A DNA stretch of 64,000 bases from Nemertoderma westbladi (GCA_032718475.1 JAUCBJ010000933.1:24055-88054), one strand, 5' to 3'. Shown: positions 49,740-63,300, counted from the stretch's first letter. Numbers and translations are program-made. Notes: generated by a model not told the origin, from the letters alone.

Positions 49740-50975
49740 GTTTCAGTTTCAGTCAATTACAAGTTTGAGTTACAATAATGATAAAGTTTGTAGACTTTGT
49801 GGAAAATTAAATTAACAATTAATTTTCTAATAGTCTTGGCGATTTTTCAAATTGAGAGCTCTATTTTATTGAACAGGAAGCGATTATTGTGTCACCTTGG
49901 GTGTTCTCCTTATTATTCCTAGAGTCGAAATGTTTACAACCCTAAACGTTCTGGCAATGTGTAAGTTGCACGTGTACGTGGGTGATTAAACTATTTTATA
50001 AAGCCTTCTTCTCTGTTGGGACTGTTAATATATACAGTAAGTTTAGGTAAGGCAATGCCTATGTGGTAGAATATCATCCCGTGGTTGGTCGGTTTATATT
50101 TACGGCCGGCTTTATTACTCTCTAATAGGTCGGCTCATTCAAGGCCTGCTGTCCCACCCATCACTCCATCCATCTCCTAGCGCCCTCACCGAGATTGCTT
50201 CCTGCCAGTAGTGTGTGGGTTTATGGAGCAGTACTAACTACGAAATTGTACCTCGTTAAGATCTGTAAAATAATACTGCAACAACAGCAACATTCGAATG
50301 CCCACATCATCATCGCAGCTATTTCTCAACCAAATTCAAATATATTATTTACATTGGGAATCCTTGCATGGCCAGCTTTCCCCTAGTACCAACAAATCAC
50401 TATAAGGTTGAAGAATGACTGTGCTGTAACTGGTGTAATATCGACGGACCCACTTTTTTTTTAAACACTTTTACCTAAAGGACGAACGCAAAATAAAACC
50501 TGAACAATAGTAATCAATAATCTAGTCAATAAATTATGTTAAGTATATGTCAAAAGGATAATAAAGAATACGGAGTATGACCGTCGGTTTCATACTTTCG
50601 TATATTTTGATCTCTCACCCTTTTAGAGTTAAGAACTGAGGGCAGATCAGCCCCCTAAATACAAAAGACAAAGTCTACGGTCTAGTACATTTTACATACT
50701 GCGTATCTATACAAAGGTACAGCCTGCCAGATTGTTTCTGACAAAGTCTGTCAAAATCTGACAACAACAAAAACTATTCGCTATTCGCAAATATATTTGC
50801 GCATTGTCAGTTGGCTAAAGTTCAGCTCAACCTAATATGGATTACCCCTCAAGGCCTCAAACATATTTATTGTTAGACCGAGTGACCGAGACAATTTATA
50901 AATATCTAGGATCAATTAATTATCTAGGTATTGAATAACGGGGATTTGAGCATCTTTATTGGGAAAGAGGAACGA

Positions 50976-51340
50976 TCTAATATATATAAATCTGCTCAGT
51001 TTGTATGTATGTATGTATGTATGTATGTATGTATGTATGTATGTATGTATGTATGTATGTATGTATGTATGTATGTATGTATGTATGTATGTATGTATGT
51101 ATGTATGTATGTATGTATGTATGTATGTATGTATGTATGTCCATCGATACACGTCGTCAGATTTCGCTCTCACTACTTGCTTTGTGGCTCATTCGATGCG
51201 TATTAACACGATGCAGACAGCTGTCACTGTCTCCGGGTTTTATTTTACACGTTTGTTTGCGTGAAATGCGTATTTTGTGTTCGTTCGGGCGAAATTTATC
51301 GAATTATTTCGGTTCTTCTATCGGTAATTAATGATTTAGG
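50976..51340 (+). mobile_element. Helitron-like 5' end carrying an expanded (TATG)n microsatellite (51002-51140)
   Basis: A|TCTAATATATATAAA start followed by about 34 TATG units; the 3' end was not found. Confidence 0.5.
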
Positions 51341-51764
51341 AGGGTATCATTTATCCCATCTGGTATAATATTAACATGGGTAGATTCGCCGTGTCCCATT
51401 CTCACAAAGTTTTTATTTTATTCGAGTGTTTAATATAAATATGTATGATTATTTATTGATTAAAAATCAAATAGTGTATAAATATGTCATATTCGCCAAG
51501 CACGATTTTTTTCTGTATCATACCAACGTTAAGGTAATTATTGAACTCGCAGCTAGCTGGCTGGGCACAGATAAGGAGCAATCAGGTTGTAGTGTTGATT
51601 GGGGTGGGTTGTCTGTTGGGAACTGTCCAAGAGTAATTCTGCTTTCTCAATCAATGGCTGCATGGAAGGAGCGGTTTATAACATTTTAGCTATTTTATTG
51701 TTTTACTGTAGTAAAGTGATTATTTCTGTAGGCCTACTTACTGTATTATTATTATTTTATCTAA

Positions 51765-52778
51765 TCTAATATACCGGTATATAAAAATCAATTGTCTGTG
51801 TGTCTATTTGTCATCGGCTATACAATACAATCAAACCCATCTCGATGAAATCTCGCTTACTATAGCTTGTTAGAAAGGTCTCACCCTAACTCGTTGCAAC
51901 GTAATAATCAGAGCCGTCTGAAGTTCCACCATCTGCCGCTAAAGGGTGAATTGCCTTAAGTGTAAATCTTCTCTAACTTTGTTATTTACAATCCGTTTTA
52001 GATAAAACTTTGCAGGTGTCTAATTTAGCAAAGGCTGCATTTTTACAGAGACGCAGGTAAATCTGCATTTCTCCAGTCTGCCGCTAGAGGGTGAAATCAC
52101 TGAAAGTGACCACCTTCTCCAACTTCGTTATTTACAATCCGTTTAGACTGGTACTTGGTAGGCATATATTACAGCATAGGCTATATCTTAACGGAGTCTT
52201 AGAGTCGAATACGGTTCCTTCGTCTGCCGCTAGAGGGCGAATTGTCTGATAGTGAAAACCTGATCTCATTTCGTTGTTTTTAATTCTTTTCAGCTGAAAC
52301 TTGGTAGGTATCTACTACAGCATAGGCTCAATCTTTACGGAGTCGCTGAGTCGTCTATAATTCCCCAGTCTTCAGCTAGACGGCGAAATGTCTGAAAGTT
52401 AACATTTTCTCGAAATTTTGTTATTTACATCTGTTTAAGCTGGAACTTGACAAGCAGGCATCTTACTTCACTTCACCATAACTCCATCTTTACAGAACTG
52501 CAGCGCCATCTGCATTTCACCAGTCGCAGTCTGCAGGTAGAGGGTAAAATGTCAGAAAATGATAATTTTCTCGAAATTAGGTTATTTACAATAAGCTGAA
52601 GCTAAAGTTGAAACTTGACAGTTATCTCCTATGGGGCGGTGTTTTATTTTATGATGGTGTCTGTTTCGTTGTAGTTCTCCAATCTGCGACACATTTCTCA
52701 ACACATATTCATACTGTATATCCTCTGCACGATTACTAGAAAGCTGTGGCCCGAAGGGCCACAGGCTTTCTACAGTAG
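51765..52778 (+). mobile_element. Non-autonomous Helitron with five diverged ~146-bp internal repeats
   Basis: 5' TCTAATATA; 3' hairpin GTGGCCCGAAGGGCCAC, then C(TACAG)TAG|T. TCTGCCGCTAGAGGG-type units near 51932, 52077, 52223, 52368 and 52530. Confidence 0.7.
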
Positions 52779-54818
52779 TTTTGATATAAATATCTTATTG
52801 CGCAAAGTAACTCGTCAGATTTGTATTGGTAAAGTGGTTCACAAAGGATCATCACGACATAGTTTTGTATATTTCTTCACAAAGATCAGACTTCGCAAAA
52901 GTTCGATACCTATTGGTACTACTTCGCCATGTCAATCCCCCCTGCCATTTTTTAACCGGTAATTTATTTTGTTAATTGGAGTGTTTTTTTTTTGATATTG
53001 GTGAATGTTCTGTAAACTGAATGAGTGTTTTTATTAACGCATTATTATAGTTATGGTGGTTAGAGTTAATATAGCTACCGGTATATATAGTATTGTAACA
53101 CGCATTATATTATAGTATTATAGCGCGCATTTAAATGTTTTGTATTATTATAGGTGTTGTTGGTAGGTTATCAAGCTTCTATTGTTGCTTGGTTAACTAG
53201 TCTAAATTAGTGTCCTAGAATAATAGCTGGATCTTATTCAGGGACACTTTGCTGAATTTAGATACAGAAAACTGTACCGCCCCACAATGTTAAAAATAAA
53301 TACACACAAATACATACTTTGTAATTTCTTATTCCAAAACGTTTTTTTTTAAATATTTTGTATATCTATGAATAATTTTCTAGAACAAAATTATTTGTTT
53401 TTTTTAAACTTTTTTATATTACCTAACAGGTTTTAGAACATTTCAAACAAAACTAGCTACTGTGAATGGGAGGGATGTGAGTAGTATTGTGTTCCCAGTG
53501 ACCTAATGGAGATTCAAGCCTAACGTATGAACAGTAATTTGTTATCGAAAAAGCAACATTTAAAAATTCGTGTTTATCCGATTGCCATAATGCTTTACTT
53601 GCCTTTCATTAGAGGAATCTAATATATTAATAACGTAGTGAAATTTATGTTCCATTTAAAAATAAAATTACGTATTGCATGGTAAATAACATTTATGGGG
53701 GGACTCTTACACTTTGCCGCGCCATTATAGCACTTTTTTGATATAACAAAATGATCTTAAAATATTTGTTCTAGAACAAAATAATTTTTATATTAAATGA
53801 ATAGATAATATGTTGTAGATCATTTTAAAAAAAGTAAAAAAAACTACAGTAGCTAGTATAAAAAAATTTATACAAAGATAACATACAATAAAAAATTAAT
53901 AAAATTAACAAATTAGCTAGTGCTAGTTCTAGAACGTTTAAAAAAAGAAACAAAAATTAGCTAGTATTTAAACGTAGCAAAATGTAATTGTATAGAGTAT
54001 ATTACAATCTAAATTGAATTATATTGAATATAGGCCTATAGATGGCAAACTGTAAGAGAGCCTCTATTCTATGGGTAAAAGCCTAGAGAGTTGGGTGGAG
54101 TGAAAAAGTGCATTTTTGACATTTTGGGTTACAACATTGCCAAAACTGTACACTGGGTACTACATGAAAAATTCCAAAATAAAAAGTCATTTGGTTCATT
54201 GCTACCCGTTCCTCCAAGCTTGAAAATTTTCGAAAAGTAGCTCTTTTTCGAAAATTTTTTGAAAAATCGAAAATTTTTTTCCAATGGAGTAAATCCAAAA
54301 CAACGTTGGGTAGAGACACATATGGAGGCATAAATGAGCCCATCAAAGTGTTAGTGAAATCGAAACAGAGGAACCTGTTCCTCCAATGCCATATATTTTG
54401 TCATATGTGAACCGAAATTACCATGAAATCTTTGATATTTGACCTGTGTAACATACGATCATTGACAGGCTCACTGGAACCAGATCTTATTGTATAGTTT
54501 ACTACAAGGACCAACGATATAAAAATGGAGGGAAATTCAAACTAGTTTAGGAGAAATTGATCTTTTAAGTTCGTAAAACTAGTAGGACTACTGCACTACT
54601 GGAGTAGGTATTCTGATGCCAGTATGGTAGGCCTACTGACATTGGCCTAAGCTCAATCCAATTTGATGACTGACACAATACCGTTGTATTTACCCAGCTT
54701 TTTAACTCAGCTGTATCTGTTAGTGTTACTGTTAGTGTGATTTGAAGGTTTATCTGCTATATTAGTGGCATAATTATTGAATATACGTTGTGTTTTATTG
54801 CTGTGTAGTAGGCCTACT

Positions 54819-55201
54819 ATGGATACAAGGCAGACTGTGAAACGGTTCTATGGCTATCCAGCAGAGCTACCAGGATCCCAACTTCCAACAACGGGAGATG
54901 TGCTTCGGTACTGTCGACTAGTTAAACAGAAACACCGTGAAACTGTAGATTGGGATAAACAGGAACTTAAATTGAGACCAATGGCAGAAACTGTAGCAAA
55001 ATCTGTATTGGATATATACGATAAAGCCAGTGTTCCTGCTTATACTCTAGATGGTATTATCCAGAAGATACTGCGTGAATGGGAACTAGTTCAGTCTAAG
55101 CTTGAAGGGGTCAACAAGAGTAGATGTATACAGCCATTTTTTGTAGATAGACTTGAATTTAATAAGAAATTCGATTCGCTGTTTGATGTTGTTTCAGATG
55201 G
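54819..55201 (+). pseudogene. N-terminal fragment of a DNA-transposase-like ORF (possibly hATm-type), cut by an LTR insertion
   Basis: Motifs QLPTTGDVLRY and IYDKASVP resemble invertebrate transposase N-termini (from memory, not searched). The sequence changes character at 55202. Confidence 0.45.
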
Positions 55202-55781
55202 TGTTAGCGAATCAATTCCGCCTCCCCTAAACCCCATAAAGTAAGCCGTTAAGCAATATTGGGAGCACGAGGTTGATTACCAATATCAACCTCGTGTCAC
55301 CCCAATAAAGTGGGAAGGAGAAACACACAATAGGGGTCAGGGGCCAAACCCCTAACCGAGAGAGAACACAAGGAGTGAAGGGAAACACTCCAAAGGGTGC
55401 CAACAGGGATATTAGCCAATCAGGGGGGGAGCATCGACTAGGTACTGTAACAAGGCCAAACCGTGCAATATATATTACCGGTCGATGCAATCAGTTATTC
55501 AGTTTACTCAGTCAGCTCAGTAGGGTGGAACGGTGACTTCTATCACCGTCCGCTACCGCCATCACGTGTAATACTTCTGTACTTATCTACCGGTAACCAG
55601 TTATCCATGTCTGCTATATCAACTATATTATACCTTTCTACATATTACCGAACATCAGAACTCTAAACGAACCTTTTCATATACACGGCGGGGACGCGTA
55701 GATAGAAAACCCGAACGGATAAACCGGGATCCGTAGATCCCGTCACAGTGATAGAACTAGATCCAACCAACTGCCCTGACA
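55202..55781 (+). mobile_element. 5' LTR of an LTR retrotransposon (~580 bp)
   Basis: TGTTAG...CTGACA ends, followed within 6 nt by TGGGTGCCAGCC (PBS-like; tRNA not identified) and a gag-like ORF. Confidence 0.6.
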
Positions 55782-55811
55782 GACTGTGGGTGCCAGCCAC
55801 CAAAGACGAAG

Positions 55812-56966
55812 ATGAGTAGAGAAGGAAAGACGACACCGCCGCGGACCCCGGACGACGATCTAACGATCCGCGAGGCCATGGCGAGACGGTATCAACCCAC
55901 GACGCCGGACCCATCGATAACGGGCCATCCGGCGATCCGAGACGAGGGGGGCCGTCTACAGCGAGAGAGCGAGTCGAGTAGAGGAGAGAGCGAGACGGGG
56001 GAGGAGAGAGACGAGTCGACACACGACGGCAGTCGATATGCCGATGTCGCCGGCCAGCCACAGGCCGAGGGCGACGGACGGCCCACCGGAACGGCAACGG
56101 TGGGGCCGACGGTACGACGCCGGACCTGGAGGGAGAGAGGAGATGTCGACGACGAGGACGTCGGGGTCGTCCGGCTCTGACGAGCCTACGCCGCGACCCG
56201 AGAGCAGCTGAAAGAGAGCAAGGAAGGGGCTGAGATAGACCAGGTGAAGTTGAGGAGACGACTAGGTGAGTCGAACAGATACTTTGATTACCTAGTGCGT
56301 TCTGGGCAGGGAGAACTAGCCGAGGAGAGAGCGAGAGGGGTTGCCTTCGAACTGTTTGGGCTATGGGAACGTAGCGGTATGGGGCCTGGTGCAGTGTACA
56401 TAGGGCCATACTTAGTCGATGCCAGGGAAGTTAAGTTAGTGGGTTGGGCGGGACCGCATGAGGGCGAATCCGAGGTTAGCTCCGAGGATTCGGTCTCGTC
56501 GGTCAGCGAGAACCCCGGAGAGCGGGGGAAAGTTAGTAGGACGGAGGGGCGGCGGGAGTCCGTCGCAACCGATAAGTCTGCTACATCCTCCGCAAAAGAA
56601 AGACGGGTGCGAGAGAGTGAACGCATGGCATATAAATTAAAAATGGAAGAATTAGAGTGGCGACTGAGGGGAAGGAAGGAGCAAGAGAGTGAACGCGAAG
56701 AGCGTGAGGCAAGAGAACAGAGCGTGCGGTACACGTACAGTACGTACAGCAACCGTACGGGTGAGGGGGGTAGTAGTAGTACGTTAGGAAATGTTGGTAT
56801 TAATAGTACCGTAGTAAATAACCCTAATCCCTTTATTACAGGAAATATTTTACCTGGTAGTAGTGGTTTAAGTTTAAATTCAAATAGTAATATTAATTCA
56901 AATATTCAGAATAATTCAAATAATTCTAATTTAAATAATTTAAATAATAATCCTGTTTCAAATTCT
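55812..56966 (+). pseudogene. Gag-like ORF of that LTR element; one in-frame TGA; truncated by the Penelope insertion
   Basis: ORFs 55812-56180 and 56244-56972 are in one frame, separated only by TGA at 56178-56180; charged low-complexity sequence, then Asn-rich. Confidence 0.5.
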
Positions 56967-57370
56967 AATTAGATATAAAGCGGTAGGCTATTGCCAGTGG
57001 TTCCATTTAAATAATAATAAATTACCATAAGCAAAATATAGCATATAGGTAAGTATTAGGGGTCTACACTGGCTGAATATTGTAATGAAAACGCTGGATT
57101 TAGTGAACGTTTTCGCCCTACCGGGCTACGTCAGACCTATTATATTAATAAAGCATAATGGAGTAATTAAATTCAATTCGAAATTCCCGCCACCTAAATA
57201 AAGCACTAATAGAATAGATAGTTCTAAGTAGGTCCTATATGTAATATAATATAAACAAAGTCGAAAACAAAATCAAAAAACAAAAGTCTCCAGAATAAAA
57301 TAGATTTTTATCCAAACTTACATAAAGTAAAAATCTAATCGTGTCTCTAAGTAGCTCTCGTACTATTATT
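56967..57370 (-). repeat. 3' pseudo-LTR and tail of the Penelope element; direct repeat of 63597-64000
   Basis: Identical by eye at an offset of 6630 bp; includes the first ~40 nt of the ORF. Confidence 0.93.
57101..57140 (-). ncRNA. Minimal type I hammerhead ribozyme motif (3' copy)
   Basis: Minus strand UAGGU-CUGACGUA-GCCC-GGUA-GGGC-GAA-AACGUU-C-ACUA: core boxes, 4-bp stem II, palindromic stem III, UUC cleavage triplet. Confidence 0.7.
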
Positions 57371-57477
57371 ATAAAAACAAAAACCTCCAAACGCTCAGTT
57401 TCAACTCCGTATAACAAGTAAGGTAATATACAGTCAAACACACATTAGCAACCCCCATATGCGTACTATCCATTCCC

Positions 57478-60230
57478 AAAAACATTCAATATGCGCGCTG
57501 CTCGTTAAATAAGTTAGGTTAAAGTTAGGTTAATGAATAGGTCTAACTGTAGATTATGCAATGTATAAGTTTAAGTTCAACAAGCTGGCAAGCCAAAAAA
57601 TAAGTAATATTGAAAATAATGTATAAAACAACAGATGAAGACAAACCAAAAACATTCAAAATGCGCGCTGCTCCTTAAGTAAGTTAGGTTAATGAATAAG
57701 TCTAACTGTAGATTATGCAATGTATAAGTTTAAGTTCAGAAAATAAGTAATATTGAAAATAATGCATAAAACAACAGATTAAGACAAACCAAAAACATTA
57801 AATATGCGCGCTGCCCGTTAAGTAAGTTAGGTTAAAGTTAGGTTAATGAATAAGTCTAACTGTAGATTATGCAATGTATAAGTTTAAGTTCGAAAAATAG
57901 GTAATATTGAAAATAATGCATAAAACAACAGATTAAGACAAACCAAAAACATTCAATATGCGTGCTGCTCGTTAAGTAAGTTAGGTTAATGAATAAGTCT
58001 AACTGTAGATTATGCAATGTATAAGTTTAAGTTCGAAAAATAAGTAATATTGAAAATAATGCATAAAACAACAGATTAAGACAAACCAAAAACATTCAAT
58101 ATGCGCGCTGCTCGTTAAGTAAGTTAGGTTAAATTTAGGTTAATGAATAAGTCTAACTGTAGATTATGCAATGTATAAGTTTAAGTTCGAAAAATAAGTA
58201 ATATTGAAAATAATGCATAAAACAACAGATTAAGACAAACCAAAAACATTCAATATGCGTGCTGCTCGTTAAGTAAGTTAGGTTAATGAATAAGTCTAAC
58301 TGTAGATTATGCAATGTATAAGTTTAAGTTCGAAAAATAAGTAATATTGAAAATAATGCATAAAACAACAGATTAAGACAAACCAAAAACATTCAATATG
58401 CGCGCTGCTCGTTACGTAAGTTAGGTTAACATTCAATATGCGCGCTGCTCGTTAAGTAAGTTAGGTTAAAGTTAGGTTAATGAATAAGTCTAACTGTAGA
58501 TTATGCAATGTATAAGTTTAAGTTCAAAAAAAAAAAATAAGTAATATTGAAAATAATGCATAAAACAACAGATTAAGACAAACCAAAAACATTCAATATG
58601 CGGGCTGCTCGTTAAGTAAGTTAGGTTAAAGTTAGGTTAATGAATAAGTCTAACTGTAGATTATGCAATGTATAAGTTTAAGTTCAAAAAAAAAAATAAG
58701 TAATATTGAAAATAATGCATAAAACAACAGATTAAGACAAACCAAAAACATTCAATATGCGCGCTGCTCGTTAAGTAAGTTAGGTTAAATTTAGGTTAAT
58801 GAATAAGTCTAACTGTAGATTATGCAATGTATAAGTTTAAGTTCAGAAAATAAGTAATATTGAAAATAATGCATAAAACAACAGATTAAGACAAACCAAA
58901 AACATTCAATATGCGCGCTGTTCGTTAAGTAAGTTAGTTTAACATTCAATATGTGCGCTGCTCGTTAAGTAAGTTAGGTTAACATTCAATATGCGCGCTG
59001 CTCGTTAAGTAAGTTAGGTTAAAGTTAGGTTAATGAATAAGTCTAACTGTAGATTATGCAATGTATAAGTTTAAGTTCAGAAAATAAGTAATATTGAAAA
59101 TAATGCATAAAACAACAGATTAAGACAAACCAAAAACATTCAATATGCGCGCTGCTCGTTAAGTAAGTTAGTTTAACATTCAATATGTGCGCTGCTCGTT
59201 AAGTAAGTTAGGTTAAAGTTAGGTTAATGAATAAGTCTAACTGTAGATTATGCAATGTATAAGTTTAAGTTCAAAAAAATAAGTAATATTGAAAATAATG
59301 CATAAAACAACAGATTAAGACAAACCAAAAACATTCAATATGCGCGCTGCTCGTTAAGTAAGTTAGGTTAAAGTTAGGTTAATGAATAAGTCTAACTGTA
59401 GATTATGCAATGTATAAGTTTAAGTTCAAAAAATAAGTAATATTGAAAATAATGCATGAAACAACAGATTAAGACAAACCAAAAACATTCAATATGTGCG
59501 CTGCTCGTTAAGTAAGTTAGGTTCAAGTTAGGTTAATGAATAAGTCTAACTGTAGATTATGCAATGTATAAGTTTAAGTTCAAAAAATAAGTAATATTGA
59601 AAATAATGCATGAAACACCAGATTAAGACAAACCAAAAACATTCAATATGCGCGCTGCTCGTTAAGTAAGTTAGGTTAACATTCAATATGCGCGCTGCTC
59701 GTTAAGTAAGTTAGGTTAAAGTTAGGTTAATGAATAAGTCTAACTGTAGATTATGCAATGTATAAGTTTAAGTTCAAAAAATAAGTAATATTGAAAATAA
59801 TGCATGAAACAACAGATTAAGACAAACCAAAAACATTCAATATGTGCGCTGCTCGTTAAGTAAGTTAGGTTAAAGTTAGGTTAATGAATAAGTCTAACTG
59901 TAGATTATGCAATGTATAAGTTTAAGTTCAAAAAATAAGTAATATTGAAAATAATGTATAAAACAACAGATTAAGACAAACCAAAAATATTCAATATGCG
60001 CGCTGCTCGTTACGTAAGTTAGATTAAGGTTAGGTTAATGAATAAGTCTAACTGTAGATTATGCAATGTATAAGTTTAAGTTCAAAAAATAAGTATTATT
60101 GAAACTCACGCACAAAACAACAGACCAAGGCAAACCAAAAAAAAAAAAAACACGAAACATGCGCGCTGATCGTTAAGTAGGTTAGGTTAATGAATAAGTC
60201 TAACTGTAGGTTATGTAATAAGTTTAAGTG
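57478..60230. repeat. Tandem array of 143/154-bp units (~18 copies) with extra ~40-bp subunits, inside the Penelope element
   Basis: AAGACAAACC recurs at 57781, 57935, 58078, 58232 and 58375 (periods 154, 143, 154, 143); the difference is an 11-bp AAGTTAGGTTA module. Confidence 0.95.
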
Positions 60231-60372
60231 AAACCAAAGATATTAAATATGTGAAGTCAGTATAATATGCAAAGTATACGTTGTAAAATAAAGAATAATT
60301 ATTATTATTTTTATTTTTATTTTAGGAGAGTCCATACTTTCATTAGATTAGACCCTTATTAATGTGCAGTTA

Positions 60373-63300
60373 CTAAAGTGTAGGTTGGTAGACGTTAAGG
60401 GGCGGACGATGAGTTTTGATTAGGAGTCCCTCCGCTGCGAGTAGCTCAACGGTATTCCCAAAGTATTTAAATGCGCAAATGCGGAAACACCGCATTCCGC
60501 AACCATAGAGGTGTCTTGCTAGAAGGATATCATCGTGGGTTTTGCCGTCATTCGCTTTACTTGGGTAGTTCTTAACCATATTACGGTGGCCGTTGACTCG
60601 CTCATTTAAATGTTGTATTGTTTTGCCGATGTAAAAGCTAGGGGTGTGCAAGGAGCACCAGGCAATGTATATTATATGGTGTGTTTTACAATTAAACCGC
60701 CCGTGTATGTTAGCGCCCCAGGGAGTTTGCGATACGTTAGTGATGTGCTGGCATGTTAAACATCCCGGTGTCTTACAGGGGTGATTACCAAGTCGCAAAG
60801 TCGATATGATAGTCTTGTTGTTCATAAGCATTTGTCCCAGGGAGTCGGGATTGATGGTTACCACGTTGATTCTAAGGTCGCTTCCATGTAAGTGTCTTTT
60901 CGTGATGGATCTGAATTTATTTCTGAGTTGTGCGGTGCAGGGTAGGTAGAAACGTCCGGAATTGTGTTCACTTTCGTTTTCGTGATCGTCGATGCGCGTT
61001 GTAGGGGCCCATATTCTGAGTTGGTTGATTATTGTTTTCGGGTAATCTCGGAGTAGACATTCCCCTAGATATACGTCCCGGTGTATAGTAAAATCTGTAG
61101 GATTTGAACAGCGGCGGTAGATACGTAGGATTTGGTTTTTCGCAACAGCTAGTAATTGTGTTTTATCGTGGGCACTCTTATAATTAATGGGCAACTTATT
61201 GCTAACCGGTTTTCTAAATAGTGATGTGGTAATCACTCCACGCTTCACTTCTGTCAGAACATCTAGGAAAGGTAGTGTGTGGTGAGAATATTCAATAGTA
61301 AAGCGTATGTCTTGATTACCATAGAAGTCATGGGCTGATTTATTAACCGCATCTAGTAGAGTTTGGATATTATCCTCATTCAGAAAAGCATTAATAATAG
61401 CGAAGGTATCGTCTACATAACGCTTATAGAAACGGAATGGGTAACGTTTATAATAAGGTTCACAGGTCGCCTGCTGTTCCTGAGCGGATTGTATCGATTC
61501 ACAGACCGGTGTAGAGGAAGTTGGTGTAATATTAGGTTCATTTTGTCGTTTATCTGGGTCAGCGTCTACGTTTCTCTTTTGTACATATGGTAAAGTAAGT
61601 GGGGAGCAGAGAATCCTTAAGAAGTGTAATTCAAACCTAGATATAACTAGACTTGCATAATTTTTAGAGAAACCGCTACCTATAGCCGCACCCCGGGTCT
61701 GTAAGTAAATTGTCCTTCTAAATTGAAAATAATTATGTTCTAAAATAAAGCGGACAATACGGATAAAGTCACCGACGGATATAATGGATTGGTTCTGAAA
61801 ACTAGCGTCCTCAGTTAGTGTTTGTTCAAGGGCCCTACAGCCGATATCATGTCCGATATTGGTATACATATCCACAATGTCTAGTGAGACGAGGGTGCAG
61901 TTATCTTGTACAGAGTTAGGCAATTGTTCAAGGAAGTCGTCGGTTCCTTTGAGGTGGGAGTCCAGATTGTTAACGACCGGTTCAAGCAGGACGTTGGCAA
62001 AGCTGGATAATGGTGCAAGTAGTGAACCTCTCGTTGCTACTATCGGTCTTCCTTTAGGGATGAGTTTCCCGTTATCCCAGTCAATCCAGGAGACTCGTTC
62101 TTTATGGTCCTTAAATGTTATATAGAAGTATGATATTTGGGAAGTTTTAGGTAATAACGGGTGGTATAAGTTAGTATCCTTAAGTCCACATTCTGCTAAA
62201 AGTTTAGCAAGGGCTGTTCTAAAGCGCGCTGTTGGGTCCTCCTTAATCGTTGTATATGTATTTTTATCCTTTAATATACGTACGCATTCGTTTATATAGT
62301 CGCTGTTGTTCACTATTAGTAAATTCCCCGATTTGTCGCCTTTACATATCCGAATAGTTTTGTTAGTCTTGAGGTTCTTGATAGTATCCCGTTCGTGTGA
62401 AGTTAGGTTACTGTTATATCCTTTGTTTATATTATTCATGTCAATTTTATCAATTTCTCTATGGAGTTCACTAATCATCGCTTCGGTCGTTTCGTCATCA
62501 CATTTCGGCGGTAAGTTCCTTAATTTGTTTTGTTTAGTGGCTCTGAAGAAGTTCGAAACGAGTTTATTATCCATATGTTTAGTTGTAGTCCTGTTCTTAG
62601 AATCGGTTAGTTCGTTGGTGTGTTCCATCCTCCGGTTATTCACTATTGGTAACGTCGGTATCGCTGGGTTATTGGTAGTCGAAGCTGATTGTTCCGAAAT
62701 GATGGGTGATGGACTCGTAATAAAACGATTCCCTGCATTAGTCGTAGGATTAGAAATCCAACTCCAGATCGTGTTAGGTTGTGCTGTGTTAGTAGATGTC
62801 GCATAATCGGTGTTGGATAAGGTTTCACTAGTCTGTGTTCGTGATTTATTAGGGTCTCCTGGTGCAAAATGATTATAGTTCGTCAGTCTACTGTTCATTG
62901 TATCTATATTCCTAGTATTGAAACGCAACGCTGTCGCTAGTTTAGTTATACGAATATGTGATTTAAATATATCGTCGAGATTAAACTTCTTAGAAGGTCT
63001 GAAGTCCTTACCTAAAGACAACAGCGACTCCTCCTTTTGTGTAAGTGTATAGTTACTTAGATTGATGACCGTAGGTTTAGCTACCGGAAGGTGGATCGGT
63101 TGTAGCTGTGTGGATCCGATGTTGGGTTCGCTAAGGTTGATCTTCCTCGGGTGCATATCTTTCTTATGTCGGTATCGGTTCCGGTACCGGTACTCCGTCT
63201 CTTCATATTTCGCGCGCAGTGTGTGTTCACTAACTTTATGCCTATGTTGCCTAATGTATTTAAGTTGCTGGAATAGTGGTGCTTTAAAGCGCAATAATGA

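Noticed and set aside
50916-51331. ORFs of MYVC / YIHT repeats
   Set aside because: Translations of the (TATG)n microsatellite.
57071-57117. Plus-strand hammerhead reading (CUGAAUA...GAAA)
   Set aside because: It lacks G8 and a credible stem II; the minus-strand reading fits better and matches the element's sense.
57478-60230. CRISPR array or telomere
   Set aside because: Units are near-identical along their whole length with no unique spacers, and there are no cas genes. TTAGG occurs only 1-2 times per unit, not as a pure run.
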